DNA of 64,000 bases from Iphione sp. A-MEVVRFRX5 (Eukaryota): NCBI GenBank assembly GCA_976226885.1, contig OZ320323.1, positions 23,932,001 to 23,996,000 of the forward strand, written 5' to 3'. A program made the position numbers and the translations under genes. Of the stretch, positions 25,201 through 36,500 are shown piece by piece. Under the pieces are notes generated by a model. The model saw only the letters and a program-made list of their open reading frames with translations, was not told where the DNA came from and did no database searches. The first letter of the stretch is position 1. Every line of letters starts with the position of its first letter.

Positions 25201-27229
25201 CTAAATTGTTGAATAGTATGCATTGATTTTCAACACAATAAAAGCCAGATGGAGGGGTTAATATTCGACCAAGGATGACACAGTGGACACTGGAAACGTA
25301 CGGGCTAGGTGGTAACTATACAGTGTTGACCAACCACCAAAAGAAGCCTTTCCCACTAATCTAACAACACGAGGGACGCATAGCGTTGACTACTCCCCGA
25401 AGCTTCTCCAGCTCATCTAAAACAGACAGAGGTACAGTACTGACTAAGCCCCACTCCCAAACTAATTGAAACAGAGGAGAGGTATGAGGAACCTTCCAGC
25501 TTCTCCCACTAATCTTATCAAAATGAGGGAGAATGGGGTAGGTATAGCATTGACTAATCCCCGCAGCTTCTCCAGCTCATCTTCAACAGACAGTGGTACA
25601 ATACTGACTAAGCCCCACTCCCCAACTAATGGAAAGAGCGGAGAGGTATGAGTAATCTTCCAGCTTCTCCCACTAATCTATCAAAATGAGGGAGATATAG
25701 CATTGTCTAATCCCTGCAGCTTCTCCAGCTCATCTATAACAGACTGAGGTACAGTATTAATAAAGCCCACCACCTGACTATTTCAAACAGAGGCGAGGTA
25801 TGAGTACTCTTCCAGCTTCTACCACTAATCTATTGACATGAGAGAAGTATGGCATTGATTAATCTTGACCTTTTCCAGCTATCTATGACAGACAGAAATA
25901 CAGTATTGATTAACTCCACTCTCCAACTTACTGAAACAGAGGCTAGGTATGAATAATCTTCCAGCTTCTCCCTCTAACCTATCAACTTGAGGGAGATACA
26001 GTATCAACTAACCCTCCCAGCATCTCAAACTCACCTACGGAGGACAGACAATAGAGTGTTGAATTATCTGCCTGCTTCCCTACCTGATCTTTGACTAATC
26101 CATCCACTTTAACTCACTGACAGACAACAGTGAGACAGTAATGATTAAGCCACCTACTTCACACAACTCTTCAACAAGCAAGGGGAATATAGCATTGGCT
26201 AGCCCAGCCACTTTTCCAACTCATCACCAAGCGAGAGAGATTTAGCACTGACTAAGCCACCTGTTTCTGCAACTCACTGACAAGCAGGGGATTATCACAC
26301 TAACTAACCCATTCACTTCCCCAGGTCCTTCACTGACAAGAGAGATCAAGTACAAATTAAGTCATCCACTTCCCTAACTTATATATAAGTAAGAGAGATA
26401 GATATAACATTGACTAACTCACCTACAACTCATAGAGAGATGAGATAAAATAGCTCCAACTAACCCGCCTACTTCTTAAACTCATTGACAGATGAGAAGA
26501 AATAAAAGCACTGATTAAGCCACCCACTTCAGTAACTCTCCGACAAGCAGCAGAGATATAGTATTGACTAACCAACCCACTTCTCTAGCTTATCATCTGA
26601 TGACAGGTATAGCATATAGTAAATCATTCACTTATTAGCCTCATCAACAAGGAAGGGAAGTACAGTACTTACTAACCCATCTGCTTCTTCAACTCAATGG
26701 CGGACGAGGGAGATGACTCATTCATTAAGCCACTCTATTCATCTAAATAAGATGGGAAGTAAAGCATTACTCACCTGCTTCTCCAGCTCATCCCGCCTAA
26801 TGTGCCAGAGACCCTCCAGGTGAGAGTGGAAGCTTGGAATGACAGTTAGCTGCCTCTTGACATAGTAATCTAGAAGGACAAACCATTTTCTTGTGTATTT
26901 TCTGACAAACTTTGTGTTTTTTTCTTGTTACACTTACAAGAAAATGAGATTAACCTAGCATGGGTGGTTTTACGTTTTAACCTTGGGAAACTGGATATAA
27001 ATGACCAAACAAATATCAAATATATAATACAATATATCTAATGCAAATATATAATATCAAGAAGTTCCACAAATTTTAAATACTGTTCCAGTCATGAGCA
27101 TAATGAAAATTAAGATCGGAAATGTTCTATGAATGGGTGTAGTAAACGAAAGTGATCTGAAAAATCTCTAGTCCCCAACCTATTCTCAGAGCACAGTTTG
27201 GGGTAGTATTTTAAAAACCCTCTTCATAA

Positions 27230-27275
<46 letters not shown>

Positions 27276-27859
27276 TCTGTAACAAGCCTCTATAAAAGAC
27301 AAACTTTTCCTACGATATCAAGAGTCTAGATCACTTGAAAGTAAAATTATGAATAGAACATTTTTGGGTCGGACGGTTGGACACGTAATTTTGTACAGGG
27401 GGGACAAATGTATTCCTATGTCCTCCCGCATAGGCAAGGGACAAAAGTTGATTTGAAAAACAAAACTTGGATACTCCGTATAACAACTGATGAAAAAAGG
27501 TAAAGAAAAAACAGAGAAAAGGAAAAAAACTGACAGCAAGTGCTTACATATGATAAATCCTATCGTGCAATCATCAGGAAGACGGATCTTGTTGCACACC
27601 GTCCACAGTTTGCCGCCCCTGAAGAGGAATATAAAAAAAAAATTTTCACTTAAGGAAACAAAATCCAAGCCCGAAGTCTCACTCAGACTGACAAACGAGT
27701 GGCGGATGTAGACGAAATCCCCTAGCGCTATCAGTGTAAGATATTCCGACAGTTTTTTTCAAGCACTAATGGCGTGGCTATCCGGTACTAGACAAACCGC
27801 CTAGAAAGCCTGCCTAAAGTTGTTGTTTCCTTAGATCTGTCTGTCTGTCTCTCTCTCTT

Positions 27860-27921
<62 letters not shown>

Positions 27922-30900
27922 TCTCTTTCACGCGCACACTCTCTCTTTCTCATACATACACTCTCCTCAGACATACATTCTATCTCTTTGTGTCCCTCTC
28001 TCTGTCTCTCTCTCGAGTTGCAAAGGATGGGCAGGGCTTGAGTTACTTACGCGGCATACGGCATCATCTTGAGACCCATCGCCCGGCTGATACAGAAGCC
28101 AGCGCCCCCCGTGGCGAACCAGAACAGCGTCTTTTGCTGGAAGAGAAAAAGTAGAGTGTTTACAAGAAAACATCGATCTTCTGCCATCGATAATCTCTAG
28201 ATACAGATCGGAGCCGTAAGACAAATAAAAGGCAGGTGAATTAAAGCAATCCGCCTGACGATCTGTGTACAGCGCAACCCTCACTTATAAGAGCGAAAGT
28301 CAAGAAACTACTTCCCCACTCAGACCATTTTAAGGTGGAACAGAATGGATTCTTCAAAGAGCAAAATTGCAACGTGGAGGTCAAACAGACACCCTTCCCT
28401 CAACTCCTACGGCCATCAGACACCGCCGCCCCCCGCCTCCGTTCGTCCGCCCGCCCGCCCGCCCGTTGATGCCGGCTCAGACATCGGAGAGGCTGGTCAG
28501 GGATGTTTTTCAAAACTCCAAATAATGGATGAACGCATTTGTTTGGTTTCTTTGAGTCATTTTCAAGTGTTTTTTTATATTTCTATGCAATGCATTAATG
28601 CACCATTTGCCAATAAAATGGATGTGATTAAATACGCTGAGAGGGTTAACAGAGTCACCATCGCTGATTAGTCACGTTCCAGCAAGACCGATCTCTCACT
28701 GATCTCCACCTACGTGTATATAATTAAACATATACGATATCACCCCCCGGCCCCCACCGCGTGCCATGTGTTATACCATAGAGCCTCTCTGAGACAACTC
28801 CTCTGCAACACGCCATGGAGGAATGGGTGGGGGTTGGGCGGAAACCCTGGAGCGCCGTGCACGCATGCGCAGTTCAATATACATGTATTCACATTGTTTC
28901 ATTGCTCTCTCCCTGGCAGTAGAGTGGCCGTGTACTTGTCTAGCTTTGCGCGTTGCCTTTCACTCGATCCACCGCGCTGTTATTTACCGGGCGTCTGAGG
29001 TTAAGAAAGAGGAGAACGGACGGGAGGGTGTGTGTGTGTGTGTGTGGGGGGGGGGGGGGGGTCATGGATGTCGGGAGTTTCATGTCTTTGATGCTGGAAG
29101 AAACTTTTCCAGCACGATACCTTCTCTCTGGTGTCTGGGAAAACTCCCGAGTTGCTTTTCTTTCTCTTTCTCTTGCAGTGAGTGGTGTGCCAGCCGTCGT
29201 GACCTTGGGGAGGCAAGGTTATTAAGGTGACCTTGGTTTCTAGTCAAGGAAACCTCCTCCTTCTCCAGCCTCCCATTACTTCGTCTTTGTTTTCAGAGGA
29301 AGGCGAGGGGGGGGGGGAGGGTGCAGCTCGGCGTCGTCGTCAAAGTAGCTCCGTCACGAACAGGTTGTCTTCGACGGGCACCTTGGCAGAACGCAGGTTG
29401 TCTTCGTCGGGTACCTTGACAAAAGGCGCTGCTTTCTTTCCTTAAAAGGGGGCAACTTTGTCTGTGCGCGCGGTGCCAGTCTATTAACGTCATGCACGCT
29501 TCGCCAACAGGCGGCGTTGTGGGCGTGCGGCTCGGGGACCCGTGGGATCAAGGAATTTCTGGCGGGAGAGGGCGCTGCCTGCCACGCTATCGTCAAGGTA
29601 ACCAGGGTCACGCGGGTCGCCATGGTAACGAGCGCGCCGCACATCTCCATGACGACGACTACATCACTCGCCATGCGTTACCATGGTAACACAGAGGGAT
29701 TGGTTGGTTGGTCCACTTGTGAAATACACTACCATGGTTGGAGGATTGAGGCGAAAAAAAAAAACACTTCATGGGAAAGCAGCCAACGTTTTCTTCTAAA
29801 AGAGGAAAAAACTCAAAACCCAGGTATGTTGTGCTATGTACAGTATTCCGGTGCCTGGGCCCACCCCAGTTCAAATATCACATCAAACTAATGATTATAA
29901 ATATAAGGAAACAGTATCCTCTCTTCAGGGAGGTTCACACTGATTATGTGGAGAATGGCAGTTATTTCCACCGAAAATTCTTGATCGTTCCCTTGACCCT
30001 CTTGTGTTAGCCAGGCATACCCTGGTGGGAGGGGGGGGGGTTAAATCATATTACATTGGTAAGTAGATACAAGCACGTCTTGTTCTCTCTATTAGATAAA
30101 GAGATTGGATTGAGGCAGATAACAGTTGTTTGTGGGCTTATAAATCATATTACCCACTTGAAGTTTCTTGATCATTTGCTTGTCCATCTTGAGAGAGCCA
30201 GGCATAGTTTAGTGAAGAAATCAAATCACATTAATCTGGAGAAATAAACTTAGGTTATCTTTTCTATTAAAGGAACTATGACCGTCACGTGAAGAATCGT
30301 AGTTGTTTCTTTGGCTGTAAATCACACCATGCAAAATTGTAACTTGAAACGCATTCTCGTGATAAATCTATATTTAGTTGCAGTATACCTGAAGCTTTTC
30401 CTGATTATTCCCCAGTGTACTGGGACAAAGGTCACGACAGAAAATTAAGCAAAACTTCATGAATTTAAAACGGACAGTTTTAACTGGGCAGGCAGGGCGG
30501 CGACTAACTAGTTTCCAAACGTAATACACGCATCACTCAACCTCTGCTTCCATGAGGTTGGTGGTTGGGGGGGACATTTAGGACGGGGGAACTACATATA
30601 TAATAGAGTCCAATGGTAGGAGAGGGGGAAGAAGATAGGAGAGAGAGAAATAGGGGAGAGAAAGACGGACGCAGAGACAGATGGGAGAGATTGGGAAGAG
30701 GAGGGAAGAAGGGAGGGAGGAGAGANNNNNNNNNNNNNNNNNNNNNNNNNNNNNNNNNNNNNNNNNNNNNNNNNNNNNNNNNNNNNNNNNNNNNNNNNNN
30801 NNNNNNNNNNNNNNNNNNNNNNNNNNNNNNNNNNNNNNNNNNNNNNNNNNNNNNNNNNNNNNNNNTACCGTCATTCCGCCGTCACAGGTCGACTAAGCCG

Positions 30901-33486
30901 CCCGCCAGAGGCCGCCGCCGCCGCCGCCGCCATCTGGAGCCTCGGTCTATCAGTCTGGGAGTGGCCCGCCGTGTGCGACAGCAGCCGCCCGCGCATGCGC
31001 ACGGCTTGGGCAAGGGGTTCCCACGCTCCCAACCCCGAAATATGACATGGTGGTGTCAACACTTTTTTCAGTGAGGCGTACCCCCTACAGAGGGCGGGGC
31101 AGGCGGGTCAGTTTCTTTTCACTGCACAATGATTGAAACATCCCTGCATTCCTTGATGTTACTATTTATAGCCCCATCATAAATTCTACTCTTGCCTTTG
31201 ACTCTGAGTTTAATGCTTTTCAAATTGTTATATTTAATGACTGGGAGTATGAACTGTATGGTTATGAGGAAATTATAAAACTCCTTTAGACTTCAAGTTT
31301 TTTTTGTTTTAAATGCTGGATGTGTGTATATTTTTTCTTTCACGGCAGAATAACTTACGTGATTAAAATAACGACAACATTAATTATTTAATAAGTACAA
31401 CTTCAGGCGAATTGGCTATACCATACGTCTTTAAAAGTAATTTTAGGTAATCGAGTTAATTTGGTTAATTTGAAATACATGTAACGTTCCCTCCCTCGGC
31501 TGCGTTTCCTTGTATCAACTTTTTCAGGTTAGCTATACGCCTCTCAAAGATCCAAATTGACCTTCGCTGGAGGGTAGACAGCTGGGCTGACCGCAAGATG
31601 AAGTGTCTTAACCAAGAAAAACATGGCAGCGGGGGAGAAAAAAACACTCCCAGAAATTCTGCAAACAGGCCCCTACTGCTTCTCTGCCGGTCCTGCCGCT
31701 TCCTTCTCCTCCGCCTCTCTGTTGCATTTTCATCTTCGCCGTGCGCATGCGCAAGCGCGTGGCCCATTGAGCTGCGCGCCTCCTGGCGGCGGGGGCAGCG
31801 CCTGCTGATTGGAACCAACCACCAGGAGGTAGAAGCCCTGTTCCCACGCCCAACTAGCCTCATCTCCCCCCTTCCCCCCCCCCCCCCACTCACCCCAGCT
31901 CCGGCTTCCACCAACCTCTGTGTCTTTCAATCTTTCCCCGTGCACAGGTAAATGTGTGTACGTGTTTATGTGTGTGTGCGTGTGTGTGAGTGATATTTAC
32001 CTGGTGGAGCCGCTCGTAGTAACCTCGTTAGGATTACGGGCCAAAGTCGAGGAGGAGCAGGTCGCAGCGCTTGGCTGGCAGTGACAGCTTCTCGTAAGCA
32101 GCGGCTTTACCGTCAAAGTTAGCGGCGTGGGGATAGGCGCGCGTTGTGGGGAACGGGTGGGTACCCCTGCCCTATGCATTCTCCCTTGTCGGCGTGCATC
32201 TCAGAGCTATTCGACCATCAAAACAAATTTATCCTAACGGTGTATTTCCAGATTTCCATCTCTCAATGTATGATGTCAATGTGTTTGTCATTCGTCTGTC
32301 CGCCACATTCTCAACAATGTCCGGGGGGGGGGGCGCGGGAAACGCTTAGTGCGGTTGGAGCCAAAATCCCCATCTGCATCCGCGTAGGAGGCCAACCTAG
32401 GGACTGGCTAATATGGGTCTCTTCAAAGTCCTGCTCTCATTGAATATATCAACAGTAGGACCTCATGACTGAGGACACCCTTAGACTGGGGAAATTTTCT
32501 TTTTACTGGAAGAGCCATAATTTTTTGGGCTACACATTTTGCCATCTAGGCCTGGGAGCACCCCCGAAAAGGGGCACATTCATTGGGAACCGCGGATAGC
32601 CCTAGTTATTAGGTTCTTCTTTACAGAGCGGGATAATTTATGTGATTTGCTCTTGTAAATCTTAGTCTCTTCCCTGGTTTGGTATCCCCGGGTGATCTGG
32701 TCTATACATGTACCCGCAGGGTGGGCACTGCATATGTGGAAGAGACACCTTTGTGCCCACCGTCAGCCACACTTGACTGATCGCTGCCTTATTTCACAAG
32801 TATACAGAAACCAATAAAATAACATAATTAAAAAAAACAACTGCCTGAATGACGTAAGCCATGTATTCCAGTGTTTACATTCCCTTACGCGGTGTAAAAG
32901 ATGCCATGGGCGCAATGATGCCATATGCATTATAACAAATTGGCGATCGGTCAATTCTTGTCATCTCTTTATTTCTAGCCCCAATAAAAACCTGTCCCTG
33001 TCACGTCGCGGAATCCATGAATCTTATATCAACGGCGGCCCGGTGTCTATACACTGGTTTCATTCTGAATCCATCACATCCAAGGAAACTTTGTGCGCTC
33101 ACTACAGAGGCCTTTTTTTCTACTTTCGTCTGACGGTTCTTTAAAATCTAGCTCTGGCCCACTGCCAAACTGGGGGATGATAATTTGTTGGCTGTTTTGA
33201 ATGTTTTGCCCCAAGGAGGCGTTGTTGGTTGTAAAGATAGTGGGCAGAGAATTTCACATTTCACATGACATCAAATCTGGTCACATGTTCACCAGAAGGC
33301 GTCTCAAGAGGCTTTTCTTTATGTTAATGGGCGAAACATTCCTTCTTGTAAACTGTTGTGTACCAACCATTGGAATGTATAATGCAGTAATAGGTCGCTC
33401 TGGGCCCGGAGATTTATCCAGCAATACCTGAAATACATTATACACACACGCACGCACGTACGCATTCAAGCACGCACGCACATACG

Positions 33487-33534
<48 letters not shown>

Positions 33535-36500
33535 TACATGTAAACTGCTTCTGACGTTGGAGTCGAGTACCAGTCACAGGCTGCTTAGAATGAAATGAGG
33601 TAAAGACGTACCTGTCGTTAAGGCAGTTATCTTTTTTACTTTTTAATTAATTTTTTAAAGAACGCTGGTCCTTAGGCACTAGGCAATAAATATTAGAAAA
33701 CAGCAAACAAGGAAGGGGCACACACGCATTGAAGAGACCGACGAGAGACGGAGCTTTCCGACAGGTAGGTGACTAACGACGGGAAGAAAAACATCAAAGA
33801 GGGATTTCTGTTGCCGCGGGGACAACCCCCCCTCCCCCCTTTACCCCTTTTCTCTGAGGTGTGACATAAACGCCAGTCAATTGGAAAGCTTCAGAAAGTG
33901 GTATGACACAGATGAGGTCATGGCGTTTAGTACTGTTACCTCCTTGTTTTTCAGATCGCGCTTCTCTATGGGATGGTTGAGACTGGGCTTGCCAAGGTAC
34001 CAGTCCTCCGTGTGGTTGTAAGCCCGCAGCAGCGTCAGGAGGCTGGGCACGTTCACGTAGGTGTCATCGTCGACGTGGCAGAACCACCTGGCGGCAGAGG
34101 AGAACAACATTATATCACAAACACGCCTGCTGCAATGTATGGCACAACAGTATCAGAAGAGAACATCACTGTAAGAAATTCACCAGCCACAATGTATGGT
34201 GTATTATCAAAGGAGAAGATCATTGTAAGAAACTCATTGGCTACAAAGTATGGTGTAATACCAGATGAGAAGATCATTGTAAGAAACTCCGTGTCTGTCG
34301 TGTATGACAGATCATAAGATGCTTGTTAGCTGTATGTGTGGACTATATCAGCCAGATGAGAACAGTATGGGGAACCCTTCGGGTGCAATGTCATCGTGTC
34401 AGTTTTGGGTGAACTAGACACCAAAACATCGTTTAAAATAGACGAACACTATAGCCTGCACACCTGACACGTACAAAACACCGCAGATCATTGTGTATAT
34501 TGAAGATTAGAAAAGTGAGGAGAGGAGAAAGATGCCAATATTTGCTGGATTTCACTGCCTTTAAAGGCGTGCTGTGAGGGGTCTCCACGGTCACGTCTGC
34601 AAACACGGGATTATTTGTCTTTTTCCAGCGCTGGGACAACATGTCATTTCAGTTATTTTCTCGAAGAAGTGGAAGTTTCCATCGAGAACACACATACCAC
34701 GCCTTTGACATACATGTTACAGCGAGCTGGATGGCAGCTTTTACCATGTCCTCTATTTTAACTAAGCCATCACTTTCTTTATTTCAAGTTACAAGTAAAA
34801 CGAAGGTCACTGGTGGTGTCCTTGAAAATCGAACAACTCTATATTCTTGTAGTCGGCAGGATTTGACTAGATCCATACTCTAGGGATGGACGTCTGGTGT
34901 GTAAAATGGGAAATATCTGGTTCGAAACACACGACCTCCATATTCATACCGACCTCTGCCATGGCTGGAAAGTCTGTATGATGTGATTGCATTTGGGGTG
35001 AGGGGGGGGGGGTGGACTCGTGTCATTCCTCTATGTTAAGTAGTCATATCCCCCGCCCCTCCTTCTATAGGTTAATTGGGTGAATGGGTGGGTGCATCAT
35101 CAGGTTAATACATCCATTTGCTGCTGACGCCCGTAGACACCCCCCCCCCGTCCAACTGCCACCTTCACTGATGAGCGGGCGTGTCAGCTCTCAGTGGCGG
35201 AGAGCGGAAGTTTACCTCACCAGGCCTCCGCTTCGCGGCGCGGCGCCGCATGTTTAAAACTAGTTATGGTAGGGAGAGATTGTAATTTACGGTGGATTAA
35301 TATTCTTGTTACGATAGACCAGATCTGCCTTTATAATGGATCAGTATTCTTGATCAGAGTAGGTAGGATTTGACCTTATAATGAACCCAACACACCTCTG
35401 TGAAAACGTTGAGTAGGATTCAACTAGGGTGGACCTAAGGGAGTCAGGCTTCCTCGAAACATTGTCAAGGACAAAAGGTCATCAGCACACCACTGTACAG
35501 TAATTACACTAGACACGCGGATTTCCGAGGTGGTCCAGAAAACAGGACATCCTGCGCTACTGTCAACAATGCGGCCACTCTCCTAACGGAAAAACTAGGA
35601 ATAACTTACAGATTATATCTCATTTAACGACTTTGACGTGTTCCTGGATTTCCACTCTCACTAAGCTTAATGTTCATTAATAATTCTTTTTGTGGGTATA
35701 ACATTATGTCACTGATACACCCCATTTCCAGTATACTCTTATCGGGAATGTGTTAACAGAAAGTGGCCTCAAGCCTCAAAGTGTGTGCAGAAAGCCAACC
35801 TCGTTATGAACAAGCTTTGTTCCCCGAGGCCGCTTTAAAGGAGGTATCCCCCCTGTTTTTCAAAAAAGTAACAAAAATACGCTTGAAAACTCTCTAAAAC
35901 ACATGAAAACTGTTTCGGGCAATCTGTTACAAGTTCACAGTTATATGTATTTACAAGTTCGTCAAACTAACACACAAGAGAGAGTAGAAAATGACAAACA
36001 ATATCTGAAGGCACCCTTTATCTGCTGTGATCTATTTCAGTCAATCTGGCCAGTCTATCGCTTCTTCAACGACATGTATAGAGACGCCATCCTTGTCACC
36101 TTATGATCTTTACGAGCCATCCATCCAGAGGGGATCTGTAATCATATCGTCTTGTCAATCTTCTGATTTGTTCATAAGACGGAGCGTTTATTTATATAGT
36201 TTTTACAGTTATCGTGAAATCTAGACCAGGAGAGACACCATATGTCGACGAAATGTAAAAGGTGCTTTCTGAGGAAGTAATATGGCGACACTCGGCGTGC
36301 TTGGTGTGTGTTGATGAGTGGGTGTGTGTGCGTGCGTGCGCACCTTTCTAATTGGCCACACTATTCATACTGAATAATTCATTCATGCAAAGCTGCTTCC
36401 TGCCTCGGCACGCTCAAGGAGACAGGGGTCAAGAGGTCACCACGTGGGACAGACGAGAGGCAAGACGGTCGGTCGCGTGACAATGGCGACCAAGAAGACT

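Noticed and set aside
31465-31951. GC-rich 117-149-aa ORFs on both strands
   Set aside because: Low-complexity, stop-poor GC sequence with no domain; better explained as a regulatory island.
36040-36106. Plus-strand ag-preceded frame [21 protein letters not shown]
   Set aside because: Short, with no partner exons on the plus strand and no family I recognise.
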